Positions 18,549 to 28,140 are shown, numbered from the stretch's first letter. The stretch: DNA of 64,000 bases from an uncultured Gammaproteobacteria bacterium (GCA_963764725.1 CAVXTM010000012.1:256001-320000), one strand, 5' to 3'. Made by a program: numbers and translations. The notes: generated from the sequence alone by a model not told the origin.

Positions 18549-21295
18549 TGCGCTGGTTGCTCGACAGCAGCAGAGATGTCATGGGCGCCCTGCCCAGTGC
18601 GTACGATCCGATTCTCGTCATCGCCTCGGTGGCAATCGCTTGTCTGGCGGGCTATGCCGCTTTGAGCATTGCGGGTCGTATGGTTGCCACCGAACGGACG
18701 AGTGCAAAGATCTGGTGGCTCATCGGTGGAGTATGCACGATGGCCGCCGGGGGTTGGACCATGCATTTCGTCGGCATGCTCGCTTTTAAACTCCCGATCC
18801 CGGTCCAATATGATTCCCTGTTCACTGTCTTGTCCATGGCCCCCGTCATCCTGTTTGGCAGCGGCATCATGTCGTTTGTCAGTCGGCCATTTTTTGCCAA
18901 AGGACCACTGATTTTCAGTGCTATGCTCATGGGTGCCGGGATGGGCGGGACGCACGTCATCGGCATGGCGGCGATGCGGATGAAAGCCATCATGCTTTTC
19001 GATCCGGTCATCCTGACCCTTTCCATCATAGTCGGCGTGGTATTGTCCATCGCCGCGCTCTATGCGAATCTTCTGGCGCGGACCAAAGGCGCCGCGTCCT
19101 TATTTAACTGGCCTAAGCTCAGCGCGGCGTTGCTCATGGGTTTTGCCATTTCCGGTATGCATTATACCGGCATGGCGGCGACGTATTTTTTTCCCGGAAA
19201 TGGGGTTGATGCCGTCGGCACGGTGTTGGATCCGGTATCGTTGGGCTGGTGGGCCGGGATGATTTCGGTCTTTATCACAGGACTGGCAATCCTCATGACC
19301 CTGGTCGACAGCCGCCTAGAGGAGGCCGCCCGTTCGGAACGTCTGAGCCGCTCGCGACTCCTCGAAGCCATCGAGAGCATGTCCGATGGCTTCGCGCTGT
19401 ACGATACCGATGACCGGTTGGTCGTGTGTAACAGCCCGTTTCGTCAACGCATGTTTCCGGCGAGGCGCGAGGTGCGCAGTCTGCAAGGTATGTCGTTCGC
19501 CGACATCACCCGTGGCGCCGCCACGGCGGGTTTGATTCGCGAGGCAACAGGCCGGATAGATGATTGGGTGGCAGAACGATTGGCTCAACATCGTGACCCG
19601 CAGGGGCCACAAGTGCAGCAGTGGACCGACGGCCGCTGGATACAGTTCAATGAACGCCGCAACGAGGGCCTCGGTACCGTAACGGTATATACGGATATCA
19701 GCGAACTAAAGCAGAAAGAGATGGAACTGGAACGTGCCGCGGTAGAAGCCGAGCAAGCGCGTGGCGCGGCCGAGGAGGCCAATCGCACCAAGAGCGCGTT
19801 CTTGGCGAACATGTCCCATGAGCTGCGCACTCCACTCAACGCCATCATCGGCTACAGCGAGATGCTCCAGGAGGAGGCCCAAGACCTCGGCCAGGATAAT
19901 TTCGTGCCCGATCTCAACAAGATCCAGGGTGCCGGCAAGCACCTCTTGACCCTGATCAACGATATTTTGGACCTCTCGAAGATCGAGGCCGGGAAGATGG
20001 AGTTGCACTTCGAGAACGTGGATCTCGCGACCATAGTGCAGGAGGTCGTGAGCATGATCACGCCGCTCATCGAGAAGAACGACAACGTGTTGGCAGTTCG
20101 CTGCGAGGGTGATCTCGGCAGCATGCGGGCGGACCTGACCAAACTGCGCCAGGTCTTGTTCAACCTACTGAGCAACGCCAGTAAGTTCACCACCCACGGC
20201 ACCGTGACGCTCGGAGCCAACCGCGAGCAGGTCGATGGGGCCGATTGGATACGGTTTTTGGTCACGGATACCGGCATCGGGATGACGCCCGAGCAGATGG
20301 GGAGACTCTTCCAGGCCTTCTCGCAAGCCGATGCTTCCACCTCGCAGAAGTATGGTGGGACGGGGCTTGGGCTCCTCATCAGTCGCCGGTTCTGCCAGAT
20401 GATGGGGGGCGATGTGACGGTCGACAGCGCGCGGGGCGTTGGGTCCACCTTCACGGTCCGACTGCCGATCGATGGCGTGGCGCCGAAAATCGCACCGATG
20501 CCTCAGGCGGAACGGGGGTGGGCCGGTGGTTTGGCTCACCCCAAGAGGCGGCCGAGCGTATTGGTCATCGATGACGACGCTGTGGCGCAGGAACTAATGC
20601 GCCGCTTTCTGGACAAGCAGGGGCTTCCTATGGTGGGGGCGCAGAGTGGGGAGGAAGGAATACGGCTCGCCAAGGAGTTGCGGCCGGCGGTGATCATGCT
20701 CGATGTCTTGATGCCGGGAATGGATGGTTGGGCGGTATTGGCGGCATTGAAGGCGGACCCCGAGCTGGCCTCCATCCCGGTGATCATGGCGACAATCCTC
20801 GACGAGCAAAATATGGGTTTTGCCTTGGGGGCGACGGACTTCGTGACCAAGCCGATCGACCGGGCGTATCTCGCCCAGTTACTACAGAAGTACCGCTGCG
20901 CCCGTCTACCCTGTCCGGTGCTGGTGGTCGAGGACCATGCGGATCTGCGGGCGCTGATGCGGCGTATGCTGGAGCAAGAGGGCTGGGTGGTCGCGGAGGC
21001 CAAAAACGGGCGCGTGGCGCTTGATCGGATTGCCGAGAACCGACCCGAGCTCATCGTGCTCGATCTCATGATGCCGGAGATGGATGGCTTCAACTTTCTC
21101 GAGGCTCTGCGCCAGCATGAGGACTGGCGCGCGATCCCGATCGTGGTCGTCACGGCCAAGGATCTCACCGCGGAGGATCATCAGCGGCTCAATGGCTATG
21201 TACAATGCTTCATCCATAAAGGGGCGTATGGGCGCGAAGAGCTGCTGCAAGAACTTGGCGATCGGATCGCGGCGTGCTTGGGCAAGGTCGCATAG
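18548..21295 (+). CDS. Hybrid sensor kinase MHYT-PAS-HisKA-HATPase-REC-REC
   Basis: MHFVGM / THVIGM / MHYTGM repeats, PAS-like segment, H-box ANMSHELRTPLN, NLLSNASKFT, DTGIGM, GGTGLGL, two receivers. Start overlaps the patatin stop (TAATG). Confidence 0.93.
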   Translation: MRWLLDSSRDVMGALPSAYDPILVIASVAIACLAGYAALSIAGRMVATERTSAKIWWLIGGVCTMAAGGWTMHFVGMLAFKLPIPVQYDSLFTVLSMAPVILFGSGIMSFVSRPFFAKGPLIFSAMLMGAGMGGTHVIGMAAMRMKAIMLFDPVILTLSIIVGVVLSIAALYANLLARTKGAASLFNWPKLSAALLMGFAISGMHYTGMAATYFFPGNGVDAVGTVLDPVSLGWWAGMISVFITGLAILMTLVDSRLEEAARSERLSRSRLLEAIESMSDGFALYDTDDRLVVCNSPFRQRMFPARREVRSLQGMSFADITRGAATAGLIREATGRIDDWVAERLAQHRDPQGPQVQQWTDGRWIQFNERRNEGLGTVTVYTDISELKQKEMELERAAVEAEQARGAAEEANRTKSAFLANMSHELRTPLNAIIGYSEMLQEEAQDLGQDNFVPDLNKIQGAGKHLLTLINDILDLSKIEAGKMELHFENVDLATIVQEVVSMITPLIEKNDNVLAVRCEGDLGSMRADLTKLRQVLFNLLSNASKFTTHGTVTLGANREQVDGADWIRFLVTDTGIGMTPEQMGRLFQAFSQADASTSQKYGGTGLGLLISRRFCQMMGGDVTVDSARGVGSTFTVRLPIDGVAPKIAPMPQAERGWAGGLAHPKRRPSVLVIDDDAVAQELMRRFLDKQGLPMVGAQSGEEGIRLAKELRPAVIMLDVLMPGMDGWAVLAALKADPELASIPVIMATILDEQNMGFALGATDFVTKPIDRAYLAQLLQKYRCARLPCPVLVVEDHADLRALMRRMLEQEGWVVAEAKNGRVALDRIAENRPELIVLDLMMPEMDGFNFLEALRQHEDWRAIPIVVVTAKDLTAEDHQRLNGYVQCFIHKGAYGREELLQELGDRIAACLGKVA

Positions 21296-21305
21296 GAGAA
21301 ATGCA

Positions 21306-21698
21306 ATGGCGAAGATCTTATTGGTGGAAGACAGCGAGATGAACCGAGACATGCTCGGGCGCCGCTTGCTGCGCCGGGGTTATGAGGTGCTCATCGCGGT
21401 CGATGGGGCCGAGGGCGTGGCGAAGGCCCAGGCCGATCCCCCTGATCTGATCTTGATGGACATGAGCCTGCCGGTCATGGACGGCTGGGAGGCCACCCGG
21501 CGCCTGAAGGCAGCGCCCGAGACCCAAGCGATCCCCATCATCGCCTTAACTGCCCATGCGATGGCGGGGGACCGCGAGCAGGCGATCGAGGCAGGCTCCG
21601 ATGACTACGACACGAAACCGATCGAGCTCGATAGGCTGCTCGGGAAAATTGAAGCTCTGTTGAACCAGGGCGCAGGGGGGTCCCATGACGGTCAATGA
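21306..21698 (+). CDS. Single-domain response regulator (CheY/DivK-like)
   Basis: ILLVEDS, LILMDMSLPVMDG, ALTAHAM, YDTKP; RBS aggag. Confidence 0.93.
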   Translation: MAKILLVEDSEMNRDMLGRRLLRRGYEVLIAVDGAEGVAKAQADPPDLILMDMSLPVMDGWEATRRLKAAPETQAIPIIALTAHAMAGDREQAIEAGSDDYDTKPIELDRLLGKIEALLNQGAGGSHDGQ

Positions 21699-22755
21699 CA
21701 TGCCCGAGCCGGAGAGCGCGGCAAAGGCGGGTCGAGAGGCTGGCGCTGCGATCCCGGAGCCACAGGCTGCTTCTCATCTGCGCCATGAGTTGCGCACCCC
21801 CATCAACCACATCATCGGCTACAGTGAATTGCTGTTGGAGGAGGCCCGAGACAGTGCGTTACAACCCTTCTCCGGCGACTTTCAAAAGATCCACACAGCG
21901 GCGAAGACCCTACTCGGGATCCTAAACACCCTCGTCGATTCCCCAACGCCAACCACCGGCTCTCCTGTAACGGCCCCACAGCCGGCAGGCGATCCAACCC
22001 AGCTTCGTGAGGAAGACTCCGGCACTACCGTGACAGCCGAGCGTGAAGCAAGCGCGCCCTTATCCGGCCACCTCCTGGTCGTGGACGACAACGAGACCAA
22101 CCGCGACATGCTGTCCAAGCGCTTGCGGCATCAAGGTTATCGGGTAAGCATGGCAGAGGATGGCCGGCGAGCGTTGCTAGCGGTCCGGGACCAGTTGGTC
22201 GATCTGGTGCTGCTCGATGTGCTCATGCCGGAGATGGATGGCTACGAGACCCTGAAACAGATTAAGGCCGACCCGCGCCTGCGCGACATCCCCGTCATCA
22301 TGATCTCGGCGATCAATGAGATCCAGAGCGTCGTGCGCTGCATCGAGCACGGCGCGGAAGATTACCTCCCCAAGCCCTTCAATCCGGTACTGCTGCGTGC
22401 CCGCATCGGGGCCTGTCTCGAGAAGAAACGGCTGCGTGATCAGGAAGTGCTCTATCTCCAGGACGTGTCCCGCGTCACCGCCGCCGCAGCCGCCGTCGAG
22501 TCGGGTCAGTTCATGGCCGACACGATAGCCGAGGTGGGCAAGCGCCCAGACGAGCTCGGGAAACTCGCCCGCGTCTTCCAACGGATGGCGCAGGAAGTCG
22601 CGGCCCGTGAGCAACGCTTCAAGCAACAGATCGAGACCCTCCGCATCGAGATCGATGAGACCAAGAAGGCGCGCCAAGTCGCGGATCTCACCGAGACCGA
22701 TTTCTTCCAGAAGTTGCAGGCGCAGGCCCGAAACCGCCTGCGTTCAAAAAAATAA
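21685..22755 (+). CDS. DHp(HisKA)-REC-HAMP-like-coiled-coil protein without a kinase catalytic domain
   Basis: LRHELRTPINHIIGYSE H-box, linker, REC (LVVDD, LLDVLMP, YLPKP), RPDELGKLARVFQRM, tail EIDETKKARQVADLTETDFFQKLQ. Confidence 0.85.
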   Translation: MTVNDMPEPESAAKAGREAGAAIPEPQAASHLRHELRTPINHIIGYSELLLEEARDSALQPFSGDFQKIHTAAKTLLGILNTLVDSPTPTTGSPVTAPQPAGDPTQLREEDSGTTVTAEREASAPLSGHLLVVDDNETNRDMLSKRLRHQGYRVSMAEDGRRALLAVRDQLVDLVLLDVLMPEMDGYETLKQIKADPRLRDIPVIMISAINEIQSVVRCIEHGAEDYLPKPFNPVLLRARIGACLEKKRLRDQEVLYLQDVSRVTAAAAAVESGQFMADTIAEVGKRPDELGKLARVFQRMAQEVAAREQRFKQQIETLRIEIDETKKARQVADLTETDFFQKLQAQARNRLRSKK

Positions 22756-22836
22756 CCTTCGTTCGCTAAACGGGAGGTGACGGAAGCTTGCTTACCGGCT
22801 GGCAACCGCGCCGAGGCGCGACTACACTGCTTGCAT

Positions 22837-23793
22837 ATGAGCACGGGATTCATCTACGAACCGGCCTACCTTGAGCACGACACCGGTCACGGACATCCCG
22901 AGTGCCGCCGGCGGCTCGAGGTGAGCCTGGCGCATCTGGCCGCGCAGCCGTGGTTCGAACGCACCAAACGCATCGCGGCGCGGCCGGCCGACATCGCGTG
23001 CATCGAAGCCATCCACGACCACGGCTATATTGAACGCGCACGGGAAGCCTGCGCGGGCGGGGAGCGGTACTTGGATTCCCCCGATGTTGCGATCTCGTCG
23101 CGGTCTTTCGATGCGGCTCTGCTCGCGGCGGGCGCGGGACTTGAAATGGCCGATCGGCTCCTCGGCGGGGAGATTGATAACGGTTTCGCCATGCTCCGGC
23201 CGCCGGGTCACCACGCCGAGCACGCTATGGCGCTCGGGTTCTGTCTCTTCAACAACGTTGCAATCCTGGCGCGTTATCTCCAGAAGCGCTACGGGATCGA
23301 TAAGGTGTTGATTCTCGATTGGGATGTGCACCACGGCAACGGCACCCAGCACAGCTTTTACTCGGATCCTTCTGTGCTCTACGTGAGCCTGCATCAATAC
23401 CCGTTCTATCCGGGCACCGGAGCCTGGGCAGAGACCGGGAGCGGTGCGGGCGCCGGGATGACTTTAAACTGTCCGATGGCGGCCGGCGCCACCGATGGCG
23501 ACTACCACGCGGCGTTCAGGGAACACATTCTGCCCAAGATCAACGCCTTTAAACCGGAATTTATCTTGATCTCGGCCGGCTTCGATGCGCACCGCGACGA
23601 CCCGCTCGCGGAGGTTTGCCTCACCACGGAGTGCTTCCGCTGGATGAGTCAACGCATGCTGGAAGCCGCTGACCAACATGCCGGGGGCCGGCTCATTGCG
23701 CTGCTCGAAGGCGGATACAACCTGCGGGCGCTGCCGCTCTGCATCGCCGAACATCTCAAGGTCCTCGCCGGTGTCCAGCCATCTCCGGCCTAA
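22837..23793 (+). CDS. Histone deacetylase-family (class II-like) amidohydrolase
   Basis: HPEC..R, RPPGHHA, GFCLFNN, DWDVHHGNGTQ, SAGFDAH..DPL, LEGGY. Confidence 0.93.
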   Translation: MSTGFIYEPAYLEHDTGHGHPECRRRLEVSLAHLAAQPWFERTKRIAARPADIACIEAIHDHGYIERAREACAGGERYLDSPDVAISSRSFDAALLAAGAGLEMADRLLGGEIDNGFAMLRPPGHHAEHAMALGFCLFNNVAILARYLQKRYGIDKVLILDWDVHHGNGTQHSFYSDPSVLYVSLHQYPFYPGTGAWAETGSGAGAGMTLNCPMAAGATDGDYHAAFREHILPKINAFKPEFILISAGFDAHRDDPLAEVCLTTECFRWMSQRMLEAADQHAGGRLIALLEGGYNLRALPLCIAEHLKVLAGVQPSPA

Positions 23794-23808
23794 GTGCGGA
23801 GGCTATCA

Positions 23809-24156
23809 ATGAACGAGCTTACTCGACGGCGCTGCAAACCCTGCGAAGGCGGTCTGCCAGCCTTGACCGCCTCCGAGGCCCGGGATCTCATAAACTATGT
23901 GCCGGGATGGGATCTTGCTAAAGATGCCAAGTCGATTTCGAAAACCTATCGATTCAAGGATTACCACGAAACGATGGCCTTCGCCAATGCCGTCGCCGCG
24001 ATCGCCCATGAGGAGGATCACCATCCGCTGATGGAGATCGGTTACCGAACCTGCGCGGTTCGCTATACGACGCACGCGATCGATGGCCTTTCGGAGAACG
24101 ATTTTATCTGCGCCGCCAAGGCCGATGCCCTCCTGACGCCGACGGATACCGCTTGA
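23809..24156 (+). CDS. phhB: Pterin-4-alpha-carbinolamine dehydratase
   Basis: CKPCEGG, EDHHP, YTTHAIDGLSENDFICAAK. Confidence 0.9.
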   Translation: MNELTRRRCKPCEGGLPALTASEARDLINYVPGWDLAKDAKSISKTYRFKDYHETMAFANAVAAIAHEEDHHPLMEIGYRTCAVRYTTHAIDGLSENDFICAAKADALLTPTDTA

Positions 24157-24241
24157 CACCGGATCGCCTGTGAGAGCTTGTGAATAAATCGACGGCGCCG
24201 CGTATGCGCGGGGATTTGCCTCGACGACGGCCTGCACCGGC

Positions 24242-24820
24242 TTAAACTTCTTCGCCCTTTCGCCTGAAAAACCAAAAAGCCGCACCGGCAATTAGCACAA
24301 AGACTGCGCTAATAGTCGCCCAAATGCCTAGCCCGGACCAGTCGCTTGCAGCCCCACCCGCCACCTGAAACGGAAACCGCAACACGTGCTTCTTGCCGCC
24401 CGGTGCCTCGATGCTCACGACTTCCACGAAGTATCCCGGTGCTTTAAACGTGTGGTCGATTTCGACGATCCCCGAGGAATAGGCCTTTGAGGGTAAACGT
24501 TGTAGAACCAGCGCCGTGCCGTCGCTGGAACCGTCGAGCGCCGCCGGCCACGACTCGACCTCGAGCAGCCGGGCCTCGGTTGGCATCGCGCGTAACTCTG
24601 CGTCGACATAATCGATCGTCAGAACGGTTGGTGCGGCGAGGGGAATATCCTCGCAGAACCTAATACTACCGGTCGCGGCTTGGTAAGCGTTGAAGTTGAC
24701 ATCGTATTCGCCGATTTTGCGCATGCATTTCTCGCTCGTCTCACTCTGCGCAACCGCAGTATGACTGACCACTAGGAACACCGCCACAACCGCTATCCGC
24801 CCACACATATGCGCCTTCAT
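24242..24820 (-). CDS. PmoD/AmoD-like periplasmic protein with C-terminal membrane anchor
   Basis: Signal peptide; C..KIG.Y...F..YQ, FCEDIP, DYVD.ELR.MP.E.R, H.F..PG.F; C-terminal TM helix and basic tail. Confidence 0.7.
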   Translation of the reverse strand: MKAHMCGRIAVVAVFLVVSHTAVAQSETSEKCMRKIGEYDVNFNAYQAATGSIRFCEDIPLAAPTVLTIDYVDAELRAMPTEARLLEVESWPAALDGSSDGTALVLQRLPSKAYSSGIVEIDHTFKAPGYFVEVVSIEAPGGKKHVLRFPFQVAGGAASDWSGLGIWATISAVFVLIAGAAFWFFRRKGEEV

Positions 24821-24976
24821 AACTTGCCTCCTGTTATAGTTGTAAAGATTTGCCCTGTCGTCCCGTCACTAAGGCTAGACTACGCGAGGTCAACACTCAA
24901 TCCCGGGGACTCGCGTTGCGCGCATTCTATCCAACGATGATTTGTGATCATGCCGTGACTTGACGTACAAAGCATC

Positions 24977-26215
24977 ATGACCGAGAAATGCTATCAGATT
25001 TTGTTCCTGTGCAGCGGAAATTCCGCCCGCAGCATCCTCGCCGAGGCAATTTTAAACCGGATCGGCCGCGGCCGGTTCCGGGCCTTCAGCGCCGGCAGTC
25101 ATCCCAAGGGCTACGTCCACCCGCTCGCCCTCGATCTGCTGCAGGGTTTGAATTTTCCAACCGCGAGACTGCGCAGCAAGTCCTGGGACGAGTTTAGCGG
25201 TCCTGGCGCGCCGTCCTTCGACCTGGTCCTGACCGTCTGTGATAACGCGGCCGCCGAGACCTGCCCAATCTGGCCCGGCCAGCCCATGAGCGTTCACTGG
25301 AGCCTTCCGGACCCGGCCGCGGTCGACGGCGATCGGATGGCAGCCTTCCGAAGGGCTTTTGACACGCTGGAAAATCGCATCGCCATGCTCGTGAATCTGC
25401 CCATGGCCACCCTGGACCGCTTAGAGATCAACGCGCGGCTCGCAAAGATTGGCCGCGCGCAACACCCCTGGCTCTCCCGTAAACCGATTCCGCCCGCGGA
25501 ACGCCTAATCGCCGCGCTCGACGTTCCGGGCGCATCCGAAGCCAAGGCGTTGGTGGAATCGCTGGGGGACGCCGTGGTGTTTTACAAGCTCGGTCTGGAG
25601 CTATGCATGTCCGGATCTTACTTCGATCTCATCGAATGGCTCTTTAGCCGGCAAAAAAAGGTCTTCGCCGATCTCAAATTCTTCGATGTCCCGGAGACAG
25701 TGGGCCGCGCGGTGAGACGCCTTAAAGATCGCGGTGTGCACTTCGCCTCCGTCCATGGCAATGACCTTATGCTGGAGGCCGCAGTGCGAGAGAAGGGCGA
25801 ACTCAAGATCCTCGCGGTCACGGTGCTCACGAGCCTGGACCAGCGCGATCTTGAGGATCTGGGGTTTCAATGCGACGTCGAACGATTGGTTTTATCGCGA
25901 GCAAAACGCGCCTTGGCCATCGGTTGCGATGGCGTGATCTCATCGGGTCTGGAGGCGCCCAAGCTACGCGCCGAACTCGGCGAGCGGCTGCTTGTCGTCA
26001 CGCCGGGGATCCGGCCGGTGGAAAACCGGCCGAGCGACGACCAAAAGCGCGTGGTGGACGTGAACGAAGCCTTCCTTAACGGCGCGGATCATATCGTGGT
26101 CGGGCGCCCGATCCGCGATGCAAAAGATCCGCGCGCAACGGCCGAGGAGATGCAAGCAACCATCAGAGCGTTGTTCATAAATATATCCCCCGGGGTCTTG
26201 CCGCGGGGACCTTAG
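24977..26215 (+). CDS. pyrF: Fusion: LMW-PTP-type arsenate reductase (ArsC) + orotidine-5'-phosphate decarboxylase
   Basis: N-terminal ILFLCSGNSARS...TVCDNAAAETCP.WPG...HWSLPDP; C-terminal ERLIAALDV, ADLKFFDVPETV, VTVLTS, VTPGIRP, IVVGRPI. No stop between the two. Confidence 0.9.
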   Translation: MTEKCYQILFLCSGNSARSILAEAILNRIGRGRFRAFSAGSHPKGYVHPLALDLLQGLNFPTARLRSKSWDEFSGPGAPSFDLVLTVCDNAAAETCPIWPGQPMSVHWSLPDPAAVDGDRMAAFRRAFDTLENRIAMLVNLPMATLDRLEINARLAKIGRAQHPWLSRKPIPPAERLIAALDVPGASEAKALVESLGDAVVFYKLGLELCMSGSYFDLIEWLFSRQKKVFADLKFFDVPETVGRAVRRLKDRGVHFASVHGNDLMLEAAVREKGELKILAVTVLTSLDQRDLEDLGFQCDVERLVLSRAKRALAIGCDGVISSGLEAPKLRAELGERLLVVTPGIRPVENRPSDDQKRVVDVNEAFLNGADHIVVGRPIRDAKDPRATAEEMQATIRALFINISPGVLPRGP

Positions 26216-26226
26216 CGATGGGGTTT

Positions 26227-26285
26227 CCAAAGGGGAGAGGCGCAGCTCTCCCCTTTGGTCGCCCCACGGGGTTGCATACCCCGTG
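26227..26285. repeat. Twin hairpins between convergent genes (terminator- or REP-like)
   Basis: 13-bp stem CCAAAGGGGAGAG/CTCTCCCCTTTGG with loop GCGCAG, then 8-bp stem CACGGGGT/ACCCCGTG. Confidence 0.6.
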
Positions 26286-26295
26286 ATGGCGAAAT

Positions 26296-27858
26296 CTAAA
26301 TTGACTCACGTCGCACGCCTGATCGGCTCCATTCGTAGTAGTTCTTCAGAAGACGTTTCATCGTCGCGGTCAGCCGGGTTTTCCGCCACAGGTTAGCGGC
26401 TTTTTTTACGGCCTCCGCCTGGGTGGGATACGGGTGGATGCTCGCGAGCAAGGTTTTCAGGCCCCGGCCCGCTCGCATCAGTACCGTGATCTCACTGATG
26501 ATCTCGCCTGCATGCTCGGCGACGACGGTCGCCCCGAGGATGCGATCCGTTCCCTTCTTGATATGCAGCCGCGCAAAGCCCTCCTCTTCACCATCGAGGA
26601 TCGCGCGATCGACCTCGGCCAGATCGTAAGTATAGGTTTCGGTTTCCATGTCCTGCTCGGCGGCAGCCGCATCCATCCCCACATGGGCAATCTCGGGCGT
26701 GGTGTAGGTGCACCAGGGGACGAGGAGTGAGCGCGTGGTGGCGGAGCCCAGCCCAAAGGGATGAGGAAAGAGCGCGTTTTGGATCACGATTTGCGCCAGG
26801 GCATCGGCCATGTGAGTAAATTTGTACGCGGAGCAGACGTCACCGGCGGCGTAAATCGAAGGATTCGTGGTCCGCAAATGATCATCCACCCGCACGCCGG
26901 CCTCGGGATCGAAATCGACCCCGGCCGCTTCCAAGCCCAGGCCTTCGACGTTCGGGGCTCGCCCTACGCCCACGAGGACTTCATCGACACACAGTTCCTG
27001 CCGCCGGCCTTGTGTTTCATAGCCTACAATCTTTCCGCGCTCGGCGCGGCTCACCTGACTTATGCCGGCGTTCAATGCGAATGTTACGCCCTCGCTTTCC
27101 ATCCGCTGCTGCACGACGCGGGCCGCATCCGGGTCGTCCCGCACGAGGATACGCTCGGCGCGTTCTAGCACCCAGACCTCGCTCCCGAAGCGAGCGAAGG
27201 TCTGCGCCAGTTCGCAGCCGATCGGCCCGGCCCCGATGACCGCTAACCGACGCGGTAGCGCGCTCAGATCGAAGACCGTCTCGTTGGTGAGATAGCCGGC
27301 TTCCTTGAGACCGGGGATCGGCGGCGCCATCGCGCGCGTACCCGTGCAAACCGCGGCTTTTCTGAAGATCAGCGTCTGGTCCTCAACCGCGATCCGGTCC
27401 CCTCCGGTGAAACGCCCTTCGCCCAAGTAAACATCGACCCCGAGACGGGTGTAACGTTCAACGGAATCGTTGTTGCTGATGCGTGCGCGCAGCCGCCGCA
27501 TGCGCGCCATGGCGGCAGTGAAGTCGTAGCCGACCTCGCCCGCGATCCGCAATCCGAACTCCTCCGCGTTGCGCAGCCCGGACCATGCGCGTGCGGCGCG
27601 AATCAAGGCCTTGGAAGGCACACAACCCGCATTAAGGCAATCACCGCCCATTAGCGCTTTTTCGACCAGCGCCACCTTCGCACCCAGTCCCGCCGCCACC
27701 ACCGCTGTCACGAGCCCGGCCGTTCCCGCCCCGATGACGGCCAGGTTGTACACCCCGGATGGCCGTGGATTAATCCAGTTGCTCGGCCGAACGTTCGCGG
27801 TCAGCTCGCGGTTGTACGCGTCATCGGGAAGGAGCCCGTCGCGGCGCGCGTTATTCAC
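26296..27858 (-). CDS. MerA/dihydrolipoamide-dehydrogenase-like FAD disulfide oxidoreductase
   Basis: GAGTAG, GGDCLNAGCVPSK, GAGPIG.E, AAGD, IHPYPTQAE. Lacks the C-terminal Cys-Cys of true MerA. Confidence 0.88.
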   Translation of the reverse strand: MNNARRDGLLPDDAYNRELTANVRPSNWINPRPSGVYNLAVIGAGTAGLVTAVVAAGLGAKVALVEKALMGGDCLNAGCVPSKALIRAARAWSGLRNAEEFGLRIAGEVGYDFTAAMARMRRLRARISNNDSVERYTRLGVDVYLGEGRFTGGDRIAVEDQTLIFRKAAVCTGTRAMAPPIPGLKEAGYLTNETVFDLSALPRRLAVIGAGPIGCELAQTFARFGSEVWVLERAERILVRDDPDAARVVQQRMESEGVTFALNAGISQVSRAERGKIVGYETQGRRQELCVDEVLVGVGRAPNVEGLGLEAAGVDFDPEAGVRVDDHLRTTNPSIYAAGDVCSAYKFTHMADALAQIVIQNALFPHPFGLGSATTRSLLVPWCTYTTPEIAHVGMDAAAAEQDMETETYTYDLAEVDRAILDGEEEGFARLHIKKGTDRILGATVVAEHAGEIISEITVLMRAGRGLKTLLASIHPYPTQAEAVKKAANLWRKTRLTATMKRLLKNYYEWSRSGVRRESI

Positions 27859-28098
27859 GCTTGATGCTCTCGAATCGCAGCCGGTGGTAGGGCACCGGCA
27901 CCAGCGGCAGCGGGAGCCACCGCTGGATGCACTTGCCCACTAGCAGAGACCGCGATGGGTCCACGGCACGCTCCTCGTTTTACGTCATGCCTATCGACAT
28001 TCTCCGGGACAAAGTCTAACACGGAGCCGAGCACGCGCGCTCGATATTCCCCGGCGGTAAGGCGCCGCTTACGTGTGCCGAAGAGCAACACATCGGAT

Positions 28099-28132
28099 GT
28101 AGGGAGGGTTAGGGCGCAGCCTGTAACCCGCC
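28099..28132 (+). repeat. GTAG-type REP-like palindrome
   Basis: GTAG followed by imperfect hairpin GGAGGGTTA-GGGCGCAGCCTG-TAACCCGCC. Confidence 0.55.
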
Positions 28133-28140
28133 GCCTCCAA

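Noticed and set aside
26296-27858. Calling this gene merA
   Set aside because: No C-terminal Cys-Cys, no NmerA domain, no mer operon; it has the HPYPT motif of other disulfide reductases.
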